A stretch of DNA of 11,031 bases from a bacterium. GTDB taxonomy: Bacteria; Zhuqueibacterota; Zhuqueibacteria; Zhuqueibacterales; Zhuqueibacteraceae. The notes below the pieces were generated by a model. That model was not told the origin of the DNA. It saw only the letters and a program-made list of their open reading frames with translations, and searched no databases. The DNA is taken from the NCBI GenBank assembly GCA_044869275.1, contig JBIOXB010000068.1, positions 1-11,031 on the forward strand, written 5' to 3'. How positions within the stretch are numbered: the first letter of the stretch is position 1; every line of letters starts with the position of its first letter. Below are positions 1-7,349 of this stretch, in pieces. Made by a program: the position numbers and the translations under genes.

Positions 1-3000
1 GGCCGTGCGGCTGTTAGGTTCCTCGAAATAATCGCTCAGCGTCTCTTGCAGCCACTCAAGCTCCTGCGCTTCCACTTCCACGCGAATCAAAAACTCCGTA
101 TTGACGTGCGCGACGGCTTTTTCCTTATATAAGTAAACCGCCCCGCCGGTCATGCCGCCGCCCAAATTATAAGAAGCTCGGCCGAGAATGATCACTGTGC
201 CGTTGGTCATGTATTCGCACGCGTGCATACCCACGCCTTCCACAATCGCCAAAGCGCCGCTGTTGCGCACGGCGAAGCGGTCGCCAGCAATGCCCTTGAC
301 GTACAATTTCCCTCCGGTCGCGCCGTAAAGCGCACTGTTGCCGATAATGACATTGTCTTCCGCTCGAAACCGGGCTTGCGAAGCAGGGCAGATCACCACC
401 TTGCCGCCGGACATGCTTTTGCAAACCGAATCATTGGCCTCGCCCAAGAGCTTGACGTTCAAATGATCTGTCACGAACACGCCGAATCCCTGGCCTGCGC
501 TGCCGGCAAAAGTGAGCTGCGCCGTTCCGGTATAAGGCTTGGAAACCGTGCGCGCCACGCCATTGTGGGAAAATCCTGCCACATGTGCGCGATGCTCGCG
601 CAGCGCAATTTCGCCCGCCAAGCGCGCCAGCACCGCGCGATCGGTGGACTTGATTTCATAGGACAGGGTCAAATCTTTGTCCTGGTCGAGAGCAACTTCC
701 GCGTCTTCCATTATTTTTTGATTGAGCGCGCCGATACTTTCGCGGAACGGATTCGCGGCGCGATGGTGGCCGGCCATCTGCCGGCTCAAGATGAAGCTCA
801 AATCCAGATTTAGGCGATGGACCAAGGCCTCGTGTTCCGGATGGATTTCGAGCAAATCCGTTCTGCCGATGAGGTCCGGCAGTGCGGCCACGCCCGCGCT
901 GGCCAAATGCCGCTGCACGTCTTCGGCAAGATAGTGCGTCAGCTTGACGATATGATCTTTGTGTCCTTTGTACTTCGCCTTGAACTTCGGATGGTGCGTC
1001 GCGATGCCGGTGGGGCAGGTGTTTTTCTCGCAAATTCTGGCCATCACGCAGCCCTGCGCCACCAACAGCAGCTTGCCAAAATTGTATTGCTCTGCGCCCA
1101 TGATCGCGGCCATGACGATATCTTCACCGGTGTGCAGGCCGCCATCGACGCGCAAGATGACGTTTTCTCGCAGATGATGATCGCACAGGGCCTGATGCGC
1201 CTCGAGCAAGCCAAATTCCCACGGCAGGCCGGCGTGTTTCATGGAGCTGAGGCCGGCAGCGCCCGTGCCGCCGTCGCCGCCGGCAATGTGGATGATGTCC
1301 GCACCGGCCTTGGCGACGCCCACCGCGATCGTGCCTACATTCGCGCCGGCAACCAATTTGACCGTGACTTTGGCAGCGGGATTGACTTGATGCAGCTCAT
1401 AGATCAGCTGCTTCAAGTCTTCAATACTATAAAGATCATGCAGAGGCGGCGGAGAGATCAACGTCACGCCTTCGGCGGCATGGCGCGCCCGCGCGATGCC
1501 GGCGTCAACTTTTACACCCATCAACTGGCCGCCCTCGCCGGGCTTGGCGCCTTGCGCGATTTTGATCTCGATTTCTTCCGCGGAGACCAGGTATCTCGCG
1601 GTTACGCCGAAGCGCGCGGAGGCGACTTGCTTCGTGGTCGCATGGACGCCCGCCATTTCATAATAAGGGTTCTCACCGCCTTCGCCGCTGTTGCTTCTGC
1701 CGTTGATTTCACGCATGGCCAGGAAAATATCCCGTTGCGCTTCAGCGCTGAGCGCGCCATATGACATCGCGCCGGCGCCGAACCGTGCGAGAATTGCCGC
1801 ACGGGGCTCGACTTCTGCCACGGATAAAGGCGCGGTCGAGGCTTTGATGCGCAACAAATGCCGCACACTCACCGGCGCGCCGCTGCGGCCCAGCCGCAAG
1901 TATTCCTCATAAAGCCGTAAATCGTCCAGCGCCAGGCCGCTGCTGCGCACGAGCTTGTGAATCACCTTGGAGCGGGCATTGGTCATGGCGTGTTTCTCGC
2001 CGAACTTGTTCTGATTGTGCTCTCTGTAAAAATGAATGTGCACCAGCCTGCCGCTTTCTTCATAAACCCTGGCCGTTTCCGTGTGGCGCAGGATATCGTC
2101 TGCCAGGTGCTCCAGACCTTTGCCGCCCAGCAACGCCGGCACGCCGTCGAAATAAGTTTTCATCAACTCGCGATCGAGTCCGACGGCGGTGAACAGTTTG
2201 GAGTTTTGATAACTGCGCGCAACGGAAATCCCCATTTTCGACATCACCTTCAGCAAGCCCTGCTCATAGGCGTGAATCAGGTTTTTCTCCTTTTGTTCGG
2301 CGGAAAGAGCGAGGAGTTTCTCATCGTCGAAGCACCGGGCGATCGCGAGGGCCAAATGCGGACAAAGCGCACCGGCGCCGAAGCCAATCAACGCCGCGAC
2401 GTGATGCGTCGTGCGTATTTCCGCCGAATCGACCACGATCGCGGCCTCCAAACGCAAACCCGCGTCATTCAAAGCGCAAATCACCGCGCGCAGCGCCAGC
2501 AGGCTGGGGATGGGCGGATCCTGATAGCTTGCCTTGCGGTCGGAAAGAACAATAATGGCAGCGCCGTGGCGCACGCTCCCGACCGCCTCCGTGCAAATCT
2601 CCTGCAGCCGTGCTTGCAGACCCGCCGCGCCGAATTCACGATTGAAGGTGATAGGGAATTCCTTGACGGTCATTCGATTTTCATGCTCCGGCGGATCTGC
2701 CAGCGTGTGGAGATATGCCATCTGGGCGAGACTCAAAATCGGGCTGCGCAACTCAAAGCCAGGGCGAGGCACAGCCATTTGCTTGTGATCGAAAACATTT
2801 GGCCGGCCGCCCAAATACATGCGCAGATCCGTGACGTGGCGCTCGCGCAAATAGTCCAGAGGCGGATTCGTCACCTGCGCGAAATTTTGAAAAAAATAAT
2901 CAAAAAACGGCCGCGGCTCCTGCGAGAAAATCGCCGGGCGCGCCGTGTCGCCCATCGATCCGATCGGCTCTTTGCCCTCGCGGATCATGGGTACCAGTAC

Positions 3001-4317
3001 CTGGTGGACATCTTCCTCGGAAAAATTGAACAGAAAGCGCTGTTCCAAATCCCCGGCTTGAACTTGCAATGGCTCGGCCGCAGGCAAAAGTTGCAGTCTC
3101 TTTTCGAGCTGAATGCCCGAATCTTGCAGAGAGCGGCAGGGATCGCAAAAAGAAATCTCGCCGCTGGCAAGATCAACGCTAATGCCGCGACCCGCGTCGA
3201 GCGTGCCTTTCTGCAGCACGCTCGCTTCATCGAGATTGAACGCCCCAGCCTCGGAACAAAGACAAAAGTGATCTGCGGTTCTTACCCAGCGGCAAGGCCG
3301 AAAGCCGTTGCGGTCGAGGCGCGCACCGATCATGCGCCCATCGGAGAACACGACCAGCGCCGGGCCGTCCCAGGGCTCTATTGCGCGTCCCCAATATTCA
3401 TAAAACGGATCAGCCTGATGCGCGGGCGGCATCATCGTCGCCAGAATGTCAGCGAGACCCGGCAGGCTGCTGCGATAGGCAAGCGCTTCGACCATTTCGT
3501 TGAAGCTGCCGGAATCGCTCATGCCTTCGTGCGTCAAGACTTCGCCGTCCTTGAGGCCCGAAGCCTTTTCGCGCGCAAAAGCCCACGACTTGTTGGCGGC
3601 AATGGTATTGATTTCGCCGTTGTGTCCGAGCAAACGAAAAGGCTGCGCCTTGTCCCAGGTGCTCGTGGTGTTGGTGCTGAAGCGGCGATGAAAAAAGGCA
3701 AAGCGGCTTTGGCAGGCGGGGTTTTGCAGATCGGGATAAAACTGCGCGAGACTGCCGGCGCGCACGAGCGCTTTGTAAACGATCGTGGTGGCGGAGAGTG
3801 AAGTGAAAAACCATTCGCGTACGATGCCGCGTTCGTGCAGTTTCGCCTGAGTGAACTGCTTGGCTTGGTAAAGTAGCTGGTTGAAAGAATCTTCGCTGCG
3901 GCAGTGGCGGGGGCGTTTGACGATCGCGTGCAATATTTTCGGCTGCGTTTGCGAAGCTTGCGGCCCCAGCACGGTTTCGTCCACCGGCACTTTTCTGTAG
4001 CCCAGAATTTTGGCGCCAAAGAAATCGAAGGTATTTTCGAAAATTCTCATGGCGAGACGCCGGCGCTCGGCATCGCGCGGCGCGAACAGCGTGGCCACGG
4101 CAACCGTGCCCTTTTCATGGCCGAACAGCTCGAACGGGATATCGAGCATGAGGCCCGCGCCATCGCTGGTGAGCTTATCGGCATGGCATGCACCGCGATG
4201 CTCCACACATTGCAGCGCTTGCAGGGCTTTTTGCACGTTGGCGTGGCTGTATTCACCCCTCACACTGGCGACAAAGCCCACGCCACAGGAGGATTTCTCT
4301 GTGCACAGGTCCGACAT
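1..4317 (-). CDS. gltB: Glutamate synthase large subunit (3' end runs off the window; at least 1439 codons)
   Basis: ATG at 4317 with GGGAG (4330-4326) 8 nt upstream. Translation begins MSDLCTEKSS-CGVGFVAS (short propeptide then the Ntn-amidotransferase Cys1). FMN-domain motif EIKIAQGAKPGEGGQL (~1570-1520), 3Fe-4S motif CVMARICEKNTC (1050-1015), and C-terminal GXGXG-domain motifs VEGVGMHACEYMTNG and NLGGGMTGG (~243-142) are all in the same frame. I spot-checked the frame at these motifs rather than translating every codon. Confidence 0.97.
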   Translation of the reverse strand, partial: MSDLCTEKSSCGVGFVASVRGEYSHANVQKALQALQCVEHRGACHADKLTSDGAGLMLDIPFELFGHEKGTVAVATLFAPRDAERRRLAMRIFENTFDFFGAKILGYRKVPVDETVLGPQASQTQPKILHAIVKRPRHCRSEDSFNQLLYQAKQFTQAKLHERGIVREWFFTSLSATTIVYKALVRAGSLAQFYPDLQNPACQSRFAFFHRRFSTNTTSTWDKAQPFRLLGHNGEINTIAANKSWAFAREKASGLKDGEVLTHEGMSDSGSFNEMVEALAYRSSLPGLADILATMMPPAHQADPFYEYWGRAIEPWDGPALVVFSDGRMIGARLDRNGFRPCRWVRTADHFCLCSEAGAFNLDEASVLQKGTLDAGRGISVDLASGEISFCDPCRSLQDSGIQLEKRLQLLPAAEPLQVQAGDLEQRFLFNFSEEDVHQVLVPMIREGKEPIGSMGDTARPAIFSQEPRPFFDYFFQNFAQVTNPPLDYLRERHVTDLRMYLGGRPNVFDHKQMAVPRPGFELRSPILSLAQMAYLHTLADPPEHENRMTVKEFPITFNREFGAAGLQARLQEICTEAVGSVRHGAAIIVLSDRKASYQDPPIPSLLALRAVICALNDAGLRLEAAIVVDSAEIRTTHHVAALIGFGAGALCPHLALAIARCFDDEKLLALSAEQKEKNLIHAYEQGLLKVMSKMGISVARSYQNSKLFTAVGLDRELMKTYFDGVPALLGGKGLEHLADDILRHTETARVYEESGRLVHIHFYREHNQNKFGEKHAMTNARSKVIHKLVRSSGLALDDLRLYEEYLRLGRSGAPVSVRHLLRIKASTAPLSVAEVEPRAAILARFGAGAMSYGALSAEAQRDIFLAMREINGRSNSGEGGENPYYEMAGVHATTKQVASARFGVTARYLVSAEEIEIKIAQGAKPGEGGQLMGVKVDAGIARARHAAEGVTLISPPPLHDLYSIEDLKQLIYELHQVNPAAKVTVKLVAGANVGTIAVGVAKAGADIIHIAGGDGGTGAAGLSSMKHAGLPWEFGLLEAHQALCDHHLRENVILRVDGGLHTGEDIVMAAIMGAEQYNFGKLLLVAQGCVMARICEKNTCPTGIATHHPKFKAKYKGHKDHIVKLTHYLAEDVQRHLASAGVAALPDLIGRTDLLEIHPEHEALVHRLNLDLSFILSRQMAGHHRAANPFRESIGALNQKIMEDAEVALDQDKDLTLSYEIKSTDRAVLARLAGEIALREHRAHVAGFSHNGVARTVSKPYTGTAQLTFAGSAGQGFGVFVTDHLNVKLLGEANDSVCKSMSGGKVVICPASQARFRAEDNVIIGNSALYGATGGKLYVKGIAGDRFAVRNSGALAIVEGVGMHACEYMTNGTVIILGRASYNLGGGMTGGAVYLYKEKAVAHVNTEFLIRVEVEAQELEWLQETLSDYFEEPNSRTA

Positions 4318-4417
4318 TGTGATCGCTCCCGGAAGTTTAGTTTGAGCCCATCACCGAGGATCTGGTGAGGCATGCGCCGGCAAGCCGTGAAACTCGAAAC
4401 GGCAATTTTGCGGACCA

Positions 4418-4618
4418 CTATCGCCTCAGCTGCTGGCGCACCATCTCCGCCAACTGCTGGTGTTTCTGGCTGGGCCAACATTGCGCCAGCAGCTTCTCAT
4501 CTTGATAGACCGGAAATGCGATCCGGATCAAGCCTTCGTGAAGTCTTCCCGAGATACCCAGGCGGCCGAAAAAATTCACCGCCTTTTTGTTTTCCGGGTG
4601 AAGATCGGCACGCAGCAC
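4418..4618 (-). CDS. 66-aa hypothetical ORF resembling the C-terminal half of a GNAT acetyltransferase domain; possibly a gene remnant
   Basis: GTG start 4 nt after the LacI stop, co-oriented, fills most of the LacI-gltB gap. LRADLHPENKKAVNFFGRLG...EGLIRIAFPV resembles the GNAT motif-B pattern (A-x-V-x-x-e-N-x-x-A-x-x-F-x-x-x-G). No Shine-Dalgarno; in-frame stop at 4643-4645 limits upstream extension. Confidence 0.35.
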   Translation of the reverse strand: MLRADLHPENKKAVNFFGRLGISGRLHEGLIRIAFPVYQDEKLLAQCWPSQKHQQLAEMVRQQLRR

Positions 4619-4622
4619 AGAT

Positions 4623-5252
4623 TCATTCAGACCGATGGCGGTTTACTGCCGCTCGGGGTTTTAAACGCACATATTGCGGCGAGGAAGCCGGATGGTCCAA
4701 GAGCACAGTCATGCGCTTGACCGCGCGATATCCCAAGTGAATCCAATGGCGTTCGGTTAAAAGCGCGCGATCTTGTGCTTTGACGTTGAATGAATCAAAA
4801 TACTGATGGCGGCTATCCACCAAGACCAAGGGCAGATGCCGGCGCTTGCACTCTGCCGCCAAATTGTTGGAGAGCTTCATCGACACCACCAGCAAGCCAT
4901 CGACGCGGCGTTTCTGCAAGGCGCGCTGCAAAAAGGTGTCTTTCCGGCGCAAGTCATCGATGCCATAGAGAATCAAATCGAGATTATGCTGCGCCAAGCC
5001 GCGCTGGATGCCGCGCAAAACTTCAGTGCAAGGGCGTGCGTTGAGCAGCGGCACCACCACCCCGATCGCGTTGGTTTTGCGGCGCGCCAGGCCCTGAGCC
5101 AAAGCGAGCGGTTGATAATTGAGCTCCTTGATCACTTGCAGCACCCGGGCGCGCGTCGCCACGGCCGTCAGCGGACTGTCGTTCAACACACGCGACACCG
5201 TGCCGATGCTCACGCCCGATCTTTTTGCGACTTCATATATCGTTGCCGTCAT
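4623..5252 (-). CDS. LacI-family transcriptional regulator, short form (209 aa; apparent internal in-frame deletion)
   Basis: N-terminal HTH ATIYEVAKRSGVSIGTVSRVLN, hinge YQPLALAQGL, IGVVVP, RVDGLLVVS and PLVLVD are typical LacI/GalR motifs. ATG at 5252 preferred over the track's 5315 start because AAGAGGG lies just upstream and the HTH begins immediately. Confidence 0.9.
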   Translation of the reverse strand: MTATIYEVAKRSGVSIGTVSRVLNDSPLTAVATRARVLQVIKELNYQPLALAQGLARRKTNAIGVVVPLLNARPCTEVLRGIQRGLAQHNLDLILYGIDDLRRKDTFLQRALQKRRVDGLLVVSMKLSNNLAAECKRRHLPLVLVDSRHQYFDSFNVKAQDRALLTERHWIHLGYRAVKRMTVLLDHPASSPQYVRLKPRAAVNRHRSE

Positions 5253-5295
5253 AAGCACCCTCTTGAGAGTTTTGACTGATCTATTGCCATATGAA

Positions 5296-5396
5296 GGGGA
5301 GGCGGGAGGCGCCAACTGCTGGCGCGGTCAAATCGGGTAGGTCGCATTCCTTGCCGTTTTGATTTGATTACGGCCGAGAGCGCACCTCCCGTTCCC
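5296..5396. other. ~100-nt structured element (candidate cis-regulatory RNA or attenuator) upstream of the LacI gene
   Basis: Outer arms GGGGAGGCGGGAGG (from 5296) and CCTCCCGTTCCCC (to 5396) are complementary. Inner hairpins GCGCCA-actgc-TGGCGC and GGTCAAATCGGG...TTTGATTTGATT. I recognise no known RNA family. Confidence 0.4.
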
Positions 5397-5430
5397 CAGC
5401 GAGTAAGGGAGATCAAGTGTCAGCTTGGCG

Positions 5431-5508
5431 TCAATCAGCAAGCCGGTCTTTCAGTGTTGCCGCTAGAATTGCAGTGACGACAGCGAGTTGATTTTGGGTG
5501 GAGCGCAT
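5431..5508 (-). CDS. 25-aa small ORF / candidate leader peptide MRSTQNQLAVVTAILAATLKDRLAD
   Basis: Perfect AGGAGG (5519-5514) 5 nt upstream of ATG 5508 (a second in-frame ATG at 5511); TGA at 5433-5431. Co-oriented with neighbours and first ORF downstream of the sigma-54 motif. Below the ORF-track length cutoff. Confidence 0.55.
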   Translation of the reverse strand: MRSTQNQLAVVTAILAATLKDRLAD

Positions 5509-5690
5509 CATTTCCTCCTAAAAAAAGTGGTCTGCCTGAGGATTATGTGAAAAACTCCTGGTATTGCGAAAAACAACTTGTTAATAGCATGTGGCCCATT
5601 TTATAATTTAATTAAGTAAAGTTAAAATAATATTAAGATATTTAAAATATTTCTTAAACTTTATGAAATAAATTAATATTGTTTGCTATC

Positions 5691-5707
5691 ATGCAAAAAA
5701 CTTGCCG
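5691..5707 (-). promoter_or_regulatory. sigma-54 (RpoN) -24/-12 promoter
   Basis: Minus strand reads CGGCAAGTTTTTTGCAT: GG-N10-GC with GGCA and TTGCA cores. It points toward sORF-lacI-gltB and lies directly downstream of a GAFTGA-containing activator gene. Confidence 0.7.
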
Positions 5708-5724
5708 TGCAGGAAGTTGCGAAA

Positions 5725-5747
5725 TAACTATTTAATATTAATTAGTT
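5725..5747. promoter_or_regulatory. AT-rich palindrome containing an IHF-like site
   Basis: AACTA-T-TTAATATTAA-T-TAGTT (5726-5747) is a 22-bp palindrome with one mismatched pair. TAACTATTTAATA (5725-5737) is one mismatch from the IHF consensus YAANNNNTTGATW. It lies 20-40 bp upstream of the -24 element, the usual IHF position at sigma-54 promoters. Confidence 0.45.
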
Positions 5748-5858
5748 TATTAAGTTCGGAATCGAGGTCGAAAACTGACAAGGGGTGCAACGCTTGCGGA
5801 GAGCAGATAAGAGTGTGGTGAGGTAAGGCAATAAAAAACAAAATGAAATACCAAAAAA

Positions 5859-5887
5859 CAGTTCTGTGGCTACGGCAGTTTTGTGGC
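5859..5887. promoter_or_regulatory. Tandem 12-bp direct repeat, candidate upstream activator sequence
   Basis: CAGTTCTGTGGC (5859-5870) and CAGTTTTGTGGC (5876-5887), 11/12 identical, 17-bp period, ~150-180 bp upstream of the sigma-54 -24 element. Confidence 0.45.
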
Positions 5888-5912
5888 ACCCCTTTAGCGT
5901 TGAGCCGGTGTT

Positions 5913-7349
5913 CTAAGGCTCGCGTCCATCCCGGCGCAAGCGATTATTCAACGCGCGCCGGCTTAATCCCAAAAGGCTCGCAGCGATGGATTGATTGCCG
6001 CCCGCGCGGCTCAGCGCTTCATTGATGAGCAACTGTTCCGCCTCCTCGAGCGTAGGAAGCCGGTCCGAGAAAGTCACCCGGGGCTGCTCTTCGTCATGTT
6101 GCGAAACGGCGTCAAAATGCACGCCGGAATTTAGGGAGATCTTTTCCCGGAAAGAATTCATCGCCAGTACGCCGAAAGCATGGCGGCTTACCGCATCGAA
6201 AATCATGCCCTCCAATTCTCTGATATTGCCGGGAAAATGATAGGTGCGGAGCAAGGTCGCGAGCTCGCGCGGCGCGGTCGGTTTCTTTTTGTTGAGCACC
6301 TCCGCTGCTTTCTCCAGATAATACTCGATCAGCAACGGGAGGTCGTCCTGGCGCTCGCGCAGCGGCGGAATGTGAATGTGATGCGCTTGCAGGCGATAAT
6401 AAAGATCCTTCCGGAATGCCCCCGCGCTTTGCTTCGCCGCCAGGTCCTGATGCGTGGCCGCCACGATGCGCGCATCGGACATTTTTGGCATATCCGCCCC
6501 CAAAGGATAGTACCGGCTTTCTTGCAACAGCCGCAAGAGCTTCACCTGCGACTCATTGCTCAAATCGCCGATTTCATCCAGAAATAAGGTTCCGCTCGCG
6601 GCCTGCTCGATCAACCCGCGGCGCAGCTTCTCGGCGCCGGTAAACGCGCCACGCAGGTGGCCGAAGAGCGTGTCCGAAAAAAATGCGTCGTCCACACCCG
6701 CAACGTTGACGGCGACGAACTCACCCGTGCGCCCGCTCAATCGATGGATCGCCAGGGCGACCAGCTCTTTGCCCACGCCGGTCTCTCCGGTAACGAGCAC
6801 GGGCAATGGCGTGGCGGCAATGGCTTCGATGTACTTAAAAATGCCGCGCATCGAGGCTTGATTCGTCACGATCTCCGCGAACGCTTCGGGATGCTGCAAT
6901 TGCATCGACAGCAGGGATTTTTTGAGCAAATCATTTTCGTTCTTCATCTCCTGCATCTGAATCGCATGCCGGATGGTGGTGACCAGCCGCGCATCATCCA
7001 CCGGCTTGACGATATACTCGAACGCGCCCGCCTTCATGCACTCCACCGCGATGTCCACTTCGTTGACCGCCGTGAGCACGATCACGGGAATTTCCGGATA
7101 AGCTTCGACCAGCCGCGCCAGCAGTTCCTGGCCTGGCATATGCGGCATGTACAAATCCAGCACGATGGCGGAATGCTTTTGTTGCGCCAGCAGAGACAGT
7201 GCTTGCCGGCTGTCCTGGCATTTGGTGACCGCCTGGATGCCGCCGGCGTTCAAGGTGATTTCCGCGCTGAATAAAAACCGCTCTTCGTCGTCGATAAGCA
7301 GCACGGGAGGTTCGGGGTAGGTGGTATGGTTCATGTGTCGTTGGTTCAC
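5913..7349 (-). CDS. sigma-54-dependent response regulator (REC + AAA+ + Fis-type HTH; NtrC/AtoC-like family)
   Basis: REC motifs VLLIDDE, IVLDLYMP, VIVLTA, YIVKP; Walker A GETGVGKE; GHLRGAFTGA; Walker B LFLDEIG; FRKDLYYRL; FPGNIREL; HTH GNQSIAASLLGLSRRAL. GTG at 7349 overlaps the kinase stop (GTGA); alternative ATG at 7334. Confidence 0.96.
   Translation of the reverse strand: MNQRHMNHTTYPEPPVLLIDDEERFLFSAEITLNAGGIQAVTKCQDSRQALSLLAQQKHSAIVLDLYMPHMPGQELLARLVEAYPEIPVIVLTAVNEVDIAVECMKAGAFEYIVKPVDDARLVTTIRHAIQMQEMKNENDLLKKSLLSMQLQHPEAFAEIVTNQASMRGIFKYIEAIAATPLPVLVTGETGVGKELVALAIHRLSGRTGEFVAVNVAGVDDAFFSDTLFGHLRGAFTGAEKLRRGLIEQAASGTLFLDEIGDLSNESQVKLLRLLQESRYYPLGADMPKMSDARIVAATHQDLAAKQSAGAFRKDLYYRLQAHHIHIPPLRERQDDLPLLIEYYLEKAAEVLNKKKPTAPRELATLLRTYHFPGNIRELEGMIFDAVSRHAFGVLAMNSFREKISLNSGVHFDAVSQHDEEQPRVTFSDRLPTLEEAEQLLINEALSRAGGNQSIAASLLGLSRRALNNRLRRDGREP

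Noticed and set aside
223..4368. Long plus-strand ORFs 223-813, 817-1764, 1957-3801, 3904-4368
   Set aside because: All lie in exact codon register antisense to gltB and show no recognisable motifs; shadow ORFs of a GC-rich gene.
4372..5340. Plus-strand ORFs such as 4372-4740 and 4806-5279
   Set aside because: Antisense to the LacI gene and the small GNAT-like ORF; no domain features.
5296..5398. Possible tRNA or tRNA-Sec (starts GGGG, ends CCCCA)
   Set aside because: No TTCRA T-loop, D-loop or anticodon arm geometry; kept only as an unnamed structure.
5786..5797. TGCAACGCTTGC as a LacI-family operator
   Set aside because: One base short of the symmetric AANCGNTT core and single-copy; too weak to call.
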